This document shows positions 47,207 through 57,652 of a stretch of 64,000 nucleotides of DNA, piece by piece. Made by a program: the position numbers and the translations under genes. The DNA comes from Rikenellaceae bacterium (GTDB taxonomy: Bacteria; Bacteroidota; Bacteroidia; Bacteroidales; Rikenellaceae). The stretch spans positions 29,886 through 93,885 of the forward strand of contig JAVBRO010000002.1 in NCBI GenBank assembly GCA_031547885.1, in the 5' to 3' direction. The notes beneath the pieces are model-generated. The model saw only the letters and a list, made by a program, of their open reading frames with translations, was not told the origin of the DNA and searched no databases. Within the stretch, counting starts at the first letter, position 1; every line of letters begins with the position of its first letter.

Positions 47207-50200
47207 ATGCAATCTATGAAATCCAATATAAGTATTCTGTTAAAAGCGGCTTTGTCCCTCTGTTTCACTTTCGCCTGCATTCAGGCTTGGGGACAGGCCA
47301 AAAGTGTTACCGGTACTGTTTATGAGTCCGACGGCAAAACTCCCATGGCAGGGGTAATGGTCCGTGTCGTCGATACAAATACGATCGAGGTTACAAGTGC
47401 AGAGGGTAAATTCAGCATCCGTGTACCGAATAACGAAGCCAGCCTCTCCTTCACCATGATGGGCTATGAAACCAAAACCATTCAGGTGGGTGTACAAAGC
47501 CTTGTCAATATGACGATGGAAGAGTCCACTACTCAGATCAGCGAAATCGTGGTTACCGCCCTCGGTATCACCCGCGAGGAAAAATCGCTGGGTTATGCCG
47601 TTACAAAAGTGGGCGAAGACGTGATTACCAGCACTGTTTCGAGCAACTGGCTCAACTCGCTTTCAGGAAAGGTGGCAGGTCTTAATTTCGACGGAGCATC
47701 GTCGGGCCCCAGCGGGTCGATGCGCGTAACGCTCCGCGGCGAGGGGTCGCTTAAGCACGATGCCAACGAAGCCCTTTTCGTGATAGACGGGATACCTATC
47801 GGCAACCCGAAAGTCACGTCCGGATCCTCTTCTTACGGCGATCTCGAGGCTCCTGTTGACTACGGTAACAACATCGGCGACCTTAACCCCGACGATATCG
47901 AATCCATTTCGGTGCTGAAAGGGCCTGCTGCAACGGCTCTGTACGGTTCGCGCGCAGGTAACGGCGCTATCGTGATAACCACCAAAAGCGGCCGCAAGAC
48001 AAAGGGTATCGGCATTACGGTGAACAGTTCAATAGTGTTCGAACAGGCCGGATTCTGGCCCGACCTGCAGTATGAATACGGTGCGGGTAACGGCTCGATG
48101 TCCGTAGAGGACGGTTTGCAGCAGTTCTACTACTCTTTCAAAAACATACCCAACCCGAGGGATACTTCAGACGGCGGCACCACTATCGGACGTAAACAGT
48201 CGCGTTATGCGTGGGGTCCGAAATACGAAGGACAGATGTTCTACCAGTACAACGGCTACGACTGGAATACAGGCCTCTGGAAAGCTACTCCCTGGCAGGC
48301 GAAGGACTGGTACACGGGATTCTTCAAAACCGGCGTCACATACGCCAACTCCATCTCCATAGACGGCAGTTCCGGCAAGGGCAATTCGTTCCGTCTTTCC
48401 GTCAAGGACCAGCGCAATACATGGATCATTCCCAACACCGGCTACAATTCGCAAACTGTAAGCTTCTCTTTCTCGAACGAAGCGAGCAAATACGTACGTG
48501 TAACTGCAAAAGCCACCTATCTGCGCAAGAACAGCGACAACCTCCCCCCTACAGGTTATTCACAGGCTTCGCCTCTTTACGCCATCATCTATAATGTTGC
48601 GAGCGAAGATATAAGCAAATACAAAGCCGAATATTTCGACGGCCGCATACAGTGGGCTCACAAGGGGATGGCCGACAATCCGAACAACATTGCCGCCTAC
48701 GGGGAACTTCTGATAAACAATGCGAGCGGGGCACGCTCCGAGAATGCCTACTGGCTGGCTTACGACAACACGAACAGCCTCGACCGCGACAGGGTTTACG
48801 GCAACGTACAGGCGGAGGCCGACATTACGAAGTGGCTCACCCTGCAGTTTCGTTCGGGGATCGATTTCAGCGACGACTTCCGCACCCAGCGCAAACCGCA
48901 ATACTCTTACGGCTATGCCTATGGCTGGTACAGGGAGCAGACCAACACCTTCTATGAGATGAACAACGACTTCCTGCTCACCTATAACGACAGGTTCGAC
49001 AAGATCGGCCTGACGGTCAACGCATCTTTCGGCGGCAATAACATGGTTGCCAACAACAGGTTTATAAGGGATACGGCCGAAGAACTCAAAGTCCCCAATA
49101 TCTATATGATCAGCAACGCCCGTACAAAGGCAACACCCATAAACGAGCGTTCGAACAAATCCGTCAACAGTCTCTACGGTGTTCTCTCGCTGGGATGGAA
49201 AGATATGGTCTATCTCGACGTTACGGGCCGTAACGACTGGTCGAGTACCCTCGCTCCCGAAAACTGGTCATTCTTCTATCCGTCGGTCAGCGCCAGCGTT
49301 TTGCTGGAAGAGGTGTTCAAGCTGAGGCAAAAAACCCCGTGGATCGACATGCTGAAACTCAGGGCGTCGTGGGCCAACGTAGGTAACGACACCGATCCTT
49401 ACGGCATCTATGCAAGTTACAGTAACAGTGTATTCTCCGGCGGGCAGAGGCTTGCCGACCAGATGCCGTACTATAACATATTGCCGGAAAATGTCGAAAG
49501 CCTCGAATTCGGTATGGAAGCGAAGTTCCTCAAGAACCGCATTTCGTTCGACCTTGCATGGTACCACTCAAAAACCACCAATCAGTCCATTCCGTTCCAG
49601 ACGGGATGGCTTACCGGGGCGGAATATCAGCTTGTCAATGCCGGCCGCGTCGACAACAGGGGCGTCGAAATATCCGGTCGTTTCCAGCCGATACGTACAA
49701 AAGATATCACATGGACTATAAGCGCCGCATGGGCCAAGAACTGGAATAAACTTGTCGCTCTGACCAGCCAGAGCGACATATGGCAGCTGAACTCCTCGAA
49801 CACGGTGAGCAACAGTATCTTCATCTACGCTTTCACCGGGCAGGAACTCGGCCGCATATATGGTTTCGGTTATGAAAGGGCACCGCAGGGCGCTTATTAT
49901 CTGGATGCACAAGGCAAAACGGTAGATTGTTCGGGGCAGACGATCCTGGATGCAAGCAGCGGCCAGCCTTACGTAGACACGAGCGATCTGAGAGACCTCG
50001 GCAGCATCTTCCCCGACTGGCAGGGAAGCATCAGTACGTCCTTCTCATGGAAAGACCTGTCGGTCAACGCTACCTTCACCGGTCAGATGGGCGGAAAGGC
50101 ATACTCCGTCACCAACCAGTCGCTTTCCATGCAGGGTAAAGTAAAATCGACCCTCGAAGGACGCTACGACGGCCTTATGCTCCAGGGTGTAAACCGCAAT

Positions 50201-50554
50201 TCAGACGGAACTTACTCCAACAACACAACCATCATATCCGATATCGTCGGTTATTACACCGACGCGGTATGGCTCAACAGGAATACAGAAAACAATATTC
50301 ACAGCACTTCGTTCCTCAAGTTCAAAGAGCTGCGCGTAGACTACTCGCTCCCGGCCCGCTGGATCACCCAAACGAAAATCTTTCAGGGTATTTCGGTCGG
50401 TTTCTTCGTCACCAACGTCTTCTGCTGGACCAAATTCCCGCAGTATGACCCGGAAGTGGCATCGCTCGACAACGGCTCTATAAGCCGCGGTATCGAGAGC
50501 GGTGCATACCCGATGACACGTACATACGGCATGAATTTTAAACTTACGTTCTAA
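47207..50554 (+). CDS. SusC/RagA-family TonB-linked outer membrane transporter
   Basis: Signal peptide, CarbopepD_reg-like N-domain (VTGTVYESDGKTPMAGVMVRV), TonB box region (EIVVTALGI) and plug (NPDDIESISVLKGPAATALYGSRAGNGAIVITTK). A 1115-aa barrel ending KLTF. Confidence 0.9.
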   Translation: MQSMKSNISILLKAALSLCFTFACIQAWGQAKSVTGTVYESDGKTPMAGVMVRVVDTNTIEVTSAEGKFSIRVPNNEASLSFTMMGYETKTIQVGVQSLVNMTMEESTTQISEIVVTALGITREEKSLGYAVTKVGEDVITSTVSSNWLNSLSGKVAGLNFDGASSGPSGSMRVTLRGEGSLKHDANEALFVIDGIPIGNPKVTSGSSSYGDLEAPVDYGNNIGDLNPDDIESISVLKGPAATALYGSRAGNGAIVITTKSGRKTKGIGITVNSSIVFEQAGFWPDLQYEYGAGNGSMSVEDGLQQFYYSFKNIPNPRDTSDGGTTIGRKQSRYAWGPKYEGQMFYQYNGYDWNTGLWKATPWQAKDWYTGFFKTGVTYANSISIDGSSGKGNSFRLSVKDQRNTWIIPNTGYNSQTVSFSFSNEASKYVRVTAKATYLRKNSDNLPPTGYSQASPLYAIIYNVASEDISKYKAEYFDGRIQWAHKGMADNPNNIAAYGELLINNASGARSENAYWLAYDNTNSLDRDRVYGNVQAEADITKWLTLQFRSGIDFSDDFRTQRKPQYSYGYAYGWYREQTNTFYEMNNDFLLTYNDRFDKIGLTVNASFGGNNMVANNRFIRDTAEELKVPNIYMISNARTKATPINERSNKSVNSLYGVLSLGWKDMVYLDVTGRNDWSSTLAPENWSFFYPSVSASVLLEEVFKLRQKTPWIDMLKLRASWANVGNDTDPYGIYASYSNSVFSGGQRLADQMPYYNILPENVESLEFGMEAKFLKNRISFDLAWYHSKTTNQSIPFQTGWLTGAEYQLVNAGRVDNRGVEISGRFQPIRTKDITWTISAAWAKNWNKLVALTSQSDIWQLNSSNTVSNSIFIYAFTGQELGRIYGFGYERAPQGAYYLDAQGKTVDCSGQTILDASSGQPYVDTSDLRDLGSIFPDWQGSISTSFSWKDLSVNATFTGQMGGKAYSVTNQSLSMQGKVKSTLEGRYDGLMLQGVNRNSDGTYSNNTTIISDIVGYYTDAVWLNRNTENNIHSTSFLKFKELRVDYSLPARWITQTKIFQGISVGFFVTNVFCWTKFPQYDPEVASLDNGSISRGIESGAYPMTRTYGMNFKLTF

Positions 50555-50575
50555 CCGCTAAAGATTGACAGAGAT

Positions 50576-52105
50576 ATGAAATCAATGAAACATATTATTA
50601 TTTTGGTGTCTGGAGCGGCGCTTATGCTTGGAGCCTGTACGCACAAGTTCGAAGAGTACAACACAGACCCGAACCATCTGCCCATATGGAGTATCGCTCC
50701 TTCGGCACTGTTGGAACAGACCCTGTATTCAGGAGCACAGGGCTACATGACACGCTTCCGCGACCTGACCGGCGAATTGATACAGTTCTCGGCTTCGGGG
50801 TTGGGAACCACGGCGGTACACCGCTATGCGATAACCGGTAACGCCGCAACCGGCACATGGGACCATTCTGCGGAATGGGCTGCCAATGCCGACCATATGT
50901 ACAAACTTGCAGTCAGGCAGAACGACGTCAATTTCCAGGCGATAGGACTTACCCTGAGGGCGTTGTTCATGTCCAACCTGACCGACGTTTTCGGCGATAT
51001 TCCGTTCAGCGAGGCGTTCACCATCTATAGTAATGAGGCTATCATCCTGATGAAGTTCGACGAGCAGAAGGATATATACACTCAGCTTTTCAAGGACCTT
51101 GAGGAGGCCAACCGCCTCTACAGTCCTTCCAAGGCAATGAGCGACCCCGCGGTGGACCTGCTCTACAAAGGCGACATTACAAAATGGAAGAAATTCACCA
51201 ACTCGCTTTATCTGCGCCTGCTGATGAGGCTCAGCAACCGCGACACTGAAATGAAAGTGAGCGAGAAAATAGCTGAGATCTTCGCCACTCCGGGTAAATA
51301 TCCCGTGTTTTCGAGCCGGGAAGACGGTGCGATACTCGAATACACCGGAATAACCCCATTCATAAATACCTACGGGAATACCGAAGTCACTTCATGGAAC
51401 GGCAAAACAGCTGCCCTGTACGGAATCAAGCTGCTCCAGGATTGGGGCGACCCGCGCATCAACCTCTATTACACTATGCGCGGAAACGATTGGAACGGTA
51501 TCGCCAGCGGGATGCCTGTTGCCGAAATAGATAATTCCGGCCTTGCCGTCTACCGGAAAAAGACGCTCGGAGAGTTCACATCCCCTTACGCATTCATGCG
51601 CTATGAAGAGGTCCTGTTCATTAAAGCCGAGGCCGCATTCTTCGGATGGGTGCCGGGCGGCCCGACTCTTGTAAAAGAACTCTACGACGAAGGAGCCGCC
51701 CAGTCCATCAGATTCTGGGACTGGCAGGCCGGCAACTTTATGGAGAACCGCGAGTTGTCCATAGATATGTACTTAAGGCGTGGAGATTACGCAAATACGA
51801 CTCAGGGAACCCCATATGACGGAACCTATGAAATGTTGATGACGCAGAAGTACATCTCGATGTTCTGGTGCGGTTTCGAGGCATGGCACGATTGGCGCCG
51901 CACCGAACTGCCCGTCCTTACGATAGGTACCGATACGGGGAACGGCGGGATACTTCCCAGAAGGTTCGAATACCCCATCGAGATCCGCAAATCGAACATG
52001 GACAATTACAATGCGGTCGTAGCCAGGTATATGTCGAAATACGGTTCGGGCGACAATATGCAGACCCCGGTCTGGTGGTCGCTCAACGCAGTGCAGAACA
52101 ATTAA
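50576..52105 (+). CDS. SusD/RagB-family nutrient-binding outer membrane lipoprotein
   Basis: Lipoprotein signal (AALMLGACT). TPR-like helical SusD fold features. Immediately downstream of SusC (21-nt gap). Confidence 0.8.
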   Translation: MKSMKHIIILVSGAALMLGACTHKFEEYNTDPNHLPIWSIAPSALLEQTLYSGAQGYMTRFRDLTGELIQFSASGLGTTAVHRYAITGNAATGTWDHSAEWAANADHMYKLAVRQNDVNFQAIGLTLRALFMSNLTDVFGDIPFSEAFTIYSNEAIILMKFDEQKDIYTQLFKDLEEANRLYSPSKAMSDPAVDLLYKGDITKWKKFTNSLYLRLLMRLSNRDTEMKVSEKIAEIFATPGKYPVFSSREDGAILEYTGITPFINTYGNTEVTSWNGKTAALYGIKLLQDWGDPRINLYYTMRGNDWNGIASGMPVAEIDNSGLAVYRKKTLGEFTSPYAFMRYEEVLFIKAEAAFFGWVPGGPTLVKELYDEGAAQSIRFWDWQAGNFMENRELSIDMYLRRGDYANTTQGTPYDGTYEMLMTQKYISMFWCGFEAWHDWRRTELPVLTIGTDTGNGGILPRRFEYPIEIRKSNMDNYNAVVARYMSKYGSGDNMQTPVWWSLNAVQNN

Positions 52106-52130
52106 CAGGATTACTAAAAAACTATCAATA

Positions 52131-54386
52131 ATGAAAGCTAATAAATATCTTTCAATCAAAGCAGTCCGGATATTGCCGATCGCGGTTCTCCTTGCGTTAG
52201 CCGTCGGTTTTACGGCGTGCCAGAAGGACGACCCTACAGTCGACACATACATAGACCTGGGTATTCCTGACGACAAACTGAAGATCGAAGCTCCGGTCGA
52301 AGGAATAGCAGATAAAGAATCAACCTCTGACCAGTCTTATTTAAAGAACAGGCTGTGGTACAATGTCCACACCGACTACCAGGCATGGCAGATAGAGGTG
52401 GAATACCTGTACGATGCCGACCTGGACTGGGTTACGGTGTGGCCAAAAAACGGTGAGGTCGACGGACGTTTCAGTGTCTCCGTTGCAAGGAACAAAACCA
52501 CTCCTTACCTGCGCGAAGCGCTCGTACATATCAAATCCGGCGGACAGACCCTCAAGACCATCAAAGTCAGTCAGGCTGCAGTGGCCCCTGTACTGGAACT
52601 CGGCATGGAGGGGCTGACCCGCATGACCTTTGCCAGCAAAGCCTCTGAGAAGACGGCCAAACTCAACACAAACGTCCTGTGGGTAGCAGAAATCACCACC
52701 CCGAACACAGACTGGCTGAGCCTTTCGGATTTCGAAGCGCAATCCGTGCTTCTGACCGTGAAAGCAAATCCAGGCAGCTCTCCGAGATCGGCCGTCGTGC
52801 GTTTCACGATGATAGGCGGCAGCGACGATCTGTTCGTAGATCTCAGTGTCGTTCAGAGGGACAAATCTACAGACCCCGAATATGCGACCCTCACCACGAT
52901 CGCGGATGTTCTCAACAAGGTCGGCCCCAATGGCGGCGAAATCGAAGAGAACGTTTACGTGGAAGCATGCGTGACCAGCGACCTCAGCCGCCGGAATTTC
53001 GACTCCAGGCGCCAGTGGCCGGGCACGGAATCCACTTCACAAACTTTCTACGCCGACTACATGTATGAAAAGAGATATATGTGGATACAGGACGAAAGCG
53101 AAAGAGGTTTGATGCTCGAATGGCTCTCTGCCGATTTCAACAATTATCCTCTCAACACCAAACTCAAAGTACACCTTGTCGGCGCTACGGTGGTAAAGGA
53201 CGCCTTTACCGGTGCGTTGAAGATAGGCAGCGTCGAACCCGACATGATATTCGGTTCCGAAGAATCGGACGGCATAGCGCCCGTGGAACTCGACTCGTTC
53301 GACAATATCGCCGACTATGTGAACACTCTGATCAAGGTCAACCCGGTTCAGTTTGCCCTACCCTACGGAACATACGTAAACATCGACGAGCGTTATTTCA
53401 ACCAGCAATACATGACCGACGTTACGACAAGTTCGGTACCATATTGCGAAACGTCGCGGCAGTACGGCCACTTCATAATGGACAAGCACGGGAACAGATA
53501 CCGTCTCGTTACCGAGTGTACGTTTACGGAACGATACATCCGCGCTATACCCAGCGGTTCCGGACCTCTGACCGCCATAGTCACTAAAAACTGGCTTGCC
53601 AACGAAAACCAGATCGTTCTGCGCCTGCGTATGGACAGCGACAATGAAGTTTCGGACGATGCTTCGACGCGCCTCACCAATGTCATCAGCCGCTTCGGCC
53701 CGTACACCTACAACTCTTCCGGTCTGCCTTCGATTCAGGCGGCTATTGGTAACGGCACCTTCAGAACAGGGGTTTTCACCAAGGTGACCCCGAGCGGCGA
53801 CGGCACCGGAATGTACTGGTCGCAGACTTATGCCCGCATGCCGAAATCATTGTCGGACATCACCATAGATGACGCCGGTGTACAGAGCACCGATGTTCCT
53901 CAGCCGTCCGATGCCAACGAGTTCATGTACCCCTGTATCAACGCCAACCAGATGTGGAATCCCAACCTGGCCTCTGTGATCCCCGATGCGAAAATAGGCG
54001 GCTGGATAATCACTCTGGATACCAGGGGCGTTACGGGCGACCTCTACCTTACGTTCGACTCGTCCTCTTCGCAGTCGGGTCCGGCCTGGATGAGGCTGCA
54101 GTGGAAGGAAATAGTGGTTCCCTCGGACTCATTTACAACCAAAGACACCTGGAACACTATAATAACCAGGTATGAAATTCCCAACTGGGATGTGAACTTC
54201 CATTGCCAGCAGTACTCCTACAAGCTGCCTGCTGAGATAAAAGGTAAAAAGGAAGTCATTATCAGGCATATTACCGACTTCGAAAGCGACGGTTCGGAAG
54301 CAAAGCGCGCAGCCCGCAACGGAGCTGTGGCCGGCAACGGCGGAACGAACCGTATGGGTGTCTGGTCGCTCGAAGAGTTAAAATAA
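52131..54386 (+). CDS. Surface lipoprotein with two N-terminal BACON-like domains and a large C-terminal domain of unknown function
   Basis: Lipoprotein signal (LAVGFTAC). BACON-like cores (DLDWVTVWPKNGEVDGRFSVSVARN...REALVHIKSGGQTLKTIKVSQ and TDWLSLSDFEAQSVLLTVKANPGSSPRSAVVRFTM). Confidence 0.55.
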   Translation: MKANKYLSIKAVRILPIAVLLALAVGFTACQKDDPTVDTYIDLGIPDDKLKIEAPVEGIADKESTSDQSYLKNRLWYNVHTDYQAWQIEVEYLYDADLDWVTVWPKNGEVDGRFSVSVARNKTTPYLREALVHIKSGGQTLKTIKVSQAAVAPVLELGMEGLTRMTFASKASEKTAKLNTNVLWVAEITTPNTDWLSLSDFEAQSVLLTVKANPGSSPRSAVVRFTMIGGSDDLFVDLSVVQRDKSTDPEYATLTTIADVLNKVGPNGGEIEENVYVEACVTSDLSRRNFDSRRQWPGTESTSQTFYADYMYEKRYMWIQDESERGLMLEWLSADFNNYPLNTKLKVHLVGATVVKDAFTGALKIGSVEPDMIFGSEESDGIAPVELDSFDNIADYVNTLIKVNPVQFALPYGTYVNIDERYFNQQYMTDVTTSSVPYCETSRQYGHFIMDKHGNRYRLVTECTFTERYIRAIPSGSGPLTAIVTKNWLANENQIVLRLRMDSDNEVSDDASTRLTNVISRFGPYTYNSSGLPSIQAAIGNGTFRTGVFTKVTPSGDGTGMYWSQTYARMPKSLSDITIDDAGVQSTDVPQPSDANEFMYPCINANQMWNPNLASVIPDAKIGGWIITLDTRGVTGDLYLTFDSSSSQSGPAWMRLQWKEIVVPSDSFTTKDTWNTIITRYEIPNWDVNFHCQQYSYKLPAEIKGKKEVIIRHITDFESDGSEAKRAARNGAVAGNGGTNRMGVWSLEELK

Positions 54387-54399
54387 AACCGGAATTATC

Positions 54400-57072
54400 A
54401 TGAAAACTTTTGAATTGATAAAAAAATCATTGCTGTTGATCGCAGTCGCCTCTGCCGTACTGCTCAACTCGTGCCAAAAGGATCCGAAAACCGAGGCGCA
54501 GCCTACCCTTTCGGTGCCTACGGCGGATCTCCTCGTGTCCAAACTGGGGCTCGACTACAAGGGAAGCATACCCTCTTTCGACATCGAGTCCAACACTTAC
54601 TGGACCATCAAGATGGAAGCGGTCCCTTCCTGGGAAGAGGGCGGACCGGAGTGGATATTACTCTCCAAACGCGGAGGAAACGGTAATTCGACCATATCGC
54701 TGTCTGTCGTTCCTAATTACACCGAAGACACCCGTACGGCAACCATAACCATCACTACGCAGTTCGGGCTGACGAAGACCATACATCTGCTTCAGATGGA
54801 TACCGATGAAACGGTCGCTTTCTATACCGACGATTTCGGTTCGTCGGCGAACAATGCGCCGGTCGACAGTTTTACCGGTTGGAATTATTCGGGCATAGGG
54901 GTCGATTCTTCGAAGGGCGGGCTTCCGTTCTCTTATGAAGGAACCGCTGTAGTTGACAAATCCGATCCTTCGACGGGTTACGACGGGGCGTCGGGCGGCA
55001 ACAACATCCTGCTGTCAGGCGCAGATGCCGGCATCGTCATGAAGCACATCAGGCCCCTCGGCATGGTGAAGATGGACGTCTCGTTCGGTTCGGCCTCTTC
55101 GGGAGCTTCTTTCGACTCCTCGGAACTGATCCTCGAGATCAGCAGCGACGGCGAGAACTGGTATGATATACCCTATGTCCGCGGCACCGGCGCCGAATGG
55201 GAATACTCGACATTCAGCCTGACCCTGGCCGAAGCCTATGCCTACATTTTCCTTCGTTTCCGCACGACCGACGGCGAATACAGGATCGATGATGTTGCGG
55301 TCACATACGGCGAAGGCGGCGATGTGTACGAGCTTGTCGTGATCCTTCCTCCCGAACCGGAACCTTACAAAGGCACGACATTCCCCGTGTTCTGGAAGAT
55401 GACGGCAGCCGAATACAACAACAAAGAGGGTATATGGTTCTCTACGTTCAGCTATGCGAACGAAAGCCTGTATATCCTGTCAAACCAGTACGGCAATGAG
55501 GAAAGCCTGATGGGCCCGGCCTCTATCAGCTATGTACTCGGCGAGAACAGGCCGACCGACGGAGAACCTTTCAAGGCGGAAATCGGCACTACGGGCCAGC
55601 CTTTTGTTTCGGGCGCATGGACCGACGACTACTGGCTCTTCACCACCCCGGTCGAGAACATCAACCCGGGAACGATTGTCAACATCTCGTTCCTCACCCG
55701 CAGCAGCGCTTCCGGTATGAAATACTTCGCGCTGGAGTATTATGCCGGCGGCCAGTGGCACGCGGCTTCGGAATTGCAGAATGCCACGGAAGATCCAAAC
55801 ATCAGGTATACCCATATCATGCCTGCCGATGCCTCGAATACGTTGGTGAACTGCAAATTCGTCATGCCCGACGCTATCGTCGAGGACGACATGCTGATCC
55901 GTTTCAGGTGCGCCGGAAATATCAGGTGCAGCAACGGGGCGGTCCTGCCCACGGTTAACGGCGGCACCCACCGCATCGCTGCGGACACGGGAGGTACGGG
56001 AACATGGGCTACGATAGACATTACGGATCCCAACGACAAGCCTGATGTGGTTACGTTCAAACTGACCAGCGTCACAGTCGACGGAAAGGGGTTAAGGTCT
56101 GTAAAGGTACCCGCGGCTCCGGCACCATATGTCTTTACTGTAACGGCCGACTGGGATTGGACCCTGTCGACCACAGACCTCGGTTGGGCTACGGTAACTC
56201 CGGACAACGGCAATAGGGGGGCAACTGTTTCAGTTACTATTCTGCCTGAAAACTATACCGGACTCAGCAGCCGTCAGGGTTGGATAACTCTGACCTCGGG
56301 CGACACGACGCTCGACATACTGGTTATCCAGGACAGGCCGGGAAGCAGCGAAGGCGCCCTTAAAGACGACGGGAAAGCGGTCGGATATGTCTATTTCGAA
56401 GACAATTTCGACTGGGTCGTACCTTTCGGCGGACCGGACGATGTGGGCAATATCAATACTTTTGCCGCAGGTGTAGCGCCTGACTATCCGTCGTCGGGCT
56501 ATCCTGTCGTTACCGGCACATTGAATATGTATTCAGCCGCACCTGCCGGTTATAGTGCAGGCGATCTTGCTCTTGCATTTGCCGATCATGGATACGAGGA
56601 CCTCTTCCCATACGCGCTGTCGTCATGGCGATGCATCTATTTCGGGGCACATTACCTGAAATTTGGCAAAACCGACCGTCAGACGGGTATTGTGAGAACC
56701 ATTCCAGGCATAGCCGAAGACAAGGGCACCAATATCAGCTTTACGTTCGAGGCCCTTCCGTGTATTACCGGAAGCGGCAACTACGACCAGGTCTCCCTGG
56801 TGGTGGAAATAATCGACGGTCCTGGTTCGGTGGGCATCAATGACGGAGTAACGACGATCAGCGAACCGATGAGCGTAACGCAGACCAACAAGACTTTCCC
56901 GTGGGCATGGCAGCCTAAGGAAGTGGTTCTCTACGGCGTAACTTCGGAAACCAAGGTAACGCTCAGAGTCCCCTACGGAGCGGCTCCTGCAGTAGCAGGG
57001 AACACAACGGGAACATTCCGTTACTATCTGGATAATTTGAAATTTACCAAGCACAGTTTGGTGACGCAATAA
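54400..57072 (+). CDS. Surface lipoprotein (890 aa) with N-terminal BACON-like domain; candidate substrate-binding protein of the PUL
   Basis: Lipoprotein signal (LLNSC). YWTIKMEAVPSWEEGGPEWILLSKRGGNGNSTISLSVVPNYTEDTRTATITITTQFGLTKTIHLLQ is BACON-like. A second similar module is near residue 580 (WATVTPDNGNRGATVSVTILPENYTGLSSRQGWITLTSGDTTLDILVIQ). Confidence 0.5.
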   Translation: MKTFELIKKSLLLIAVASAVLLNSCQKDPKTEAQPTLSVPTADLLVSKLGLDYKGSIPSFDIESNTYWTIKMEAVPSWEEGGPEWILLSKRGGNGNSTISLSVVPNYTEDTRTATITITTQFGLTKTIHLLQMDTDETVAFYTDDFGSSANNAPVDSFTGWNYSGIGVDSSKGGLPFSYEGTAVVDKSDPSTGYDGASGGNNILLSGADAGIVMKHIRPLGMVKMDVSFGSASSGASFDSSELILEISSDGENWYDIPYVRGTGAEWEYSTFSLTLAEAYAYIFLRFRTTDGEYRIDDVAVTYGEGGDVYELVVILPPEPEPYKGTTFPVFWKMTAAEYNNKEGIWFSTFSYANESLYILSNQYGNEESLMGPASISYVLGENRPTDGEPFKAEIGTTGQPFVSGAWTDDYWLFTTPVENINPGTIVNISFLTRSSASGMKYFALEYYAGGQWHAASELQNATEDPNIRYTHIMPADASNTLVNCKFVMPDAIVEDDMLIRFRCAGNIRCSNGAVLPTVNGGTHRIAADTGGTGTWATIDITDPNDKPDVVTFKLTSVTVDGKGLRSVKVPAAPAPYVFTVTADWDWTLSTTDLGWATVTPDNGNRGATVSVTILPENYTGLSSRQGWITLTSGDTTLDILVIQDRPGSSEGALKDDGKAVGYVYFEDNFDWVVPFGGPDDVGNINTFAAGVAPDYPSSGYPVVTGTLNMYSAAPAGYSAGDLALAFADHGYEDLFPYALSSWRCIYFGAHYLKFGKTDRQTGIVRTIPGIAEDKGTNISFTFEALPCITGSGNYDQVSLVVEIIDGPGSVGINDGVTTISEPMSVTQTNKTFPWAWQPKEVVLYGVTSETKVTLRVPYGAAPAVAGNTTGTFRYYLDNLKFTKHSLVTQ

Positions 57073-57116
57073 TCATCCCTGCATGACAGATTAAGAAACA
57101 CGTCTGTTCGGTAACT

Positions 57117-57169
57117 GCTGAGCGGTTTCACGCCTGAAATACTTAGGGCGGAAACCGCTCAGCTATTTT
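57117..57169 (+). terminator. Intrinsic terminator of the PUL
   Basis: 13-bp perfect stem GCTGAGCGGTTTC...GAAACCGCTCAGC with a 21-nt loop, followed by TATTTT. Confidence 0.65.
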
Positions 57170-57550
57170 GCACCATCGGACATCACCTACCTTACCGGAA
57201 CCATTCGATTAATCAGGAAGCTATCCTGTAAGAATGAAAGTTTAAAGAGTTGGATTGTATCAGGCGTTGGGGATTCGGAAATGGTTTCTTGAAACCACCG
57301 GTGTAAAAAGGCCTCTTTTACCGTTTGCCATTGATAGTGGAGTTTCCTGTTTTGCAGAGCTGCTTTAAGGAGATGTTCGCCAATTGATTTACTAATTTTC
57401 TATTATATTACTAGTAATCAAGTATATGCCATAAGCACAGAGGCAATGTCCATATAATCAATTAATTAGAATCAAAAACCACAAGTGTTAAGATTTTTGT
57501 TTTGCAACACGCATATTATCAGCGTATTGCAAATCGAGTGATAAGATGAA

Positions 57551-57575
57551 AAAGCCGGTGAAAGCCGGCTTTTTC
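57551..57575 (+). terminator. Terminator-like hairpin about 80 nt upstream of the pilin gene (inside a 36-codon uORF)
   Basis: AAAGCCGG-TGAAAG-CCGGCTTT, followed by TTCTCG. Confidence 0.4.
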
Positions 57576-57652
57576 TCGTTTACCGGAGTTAATTTTATTG
57601 TGTGGAAAATAGAACACTCTCCGGCCCGGAGAGAACATTTAACAATCACACT

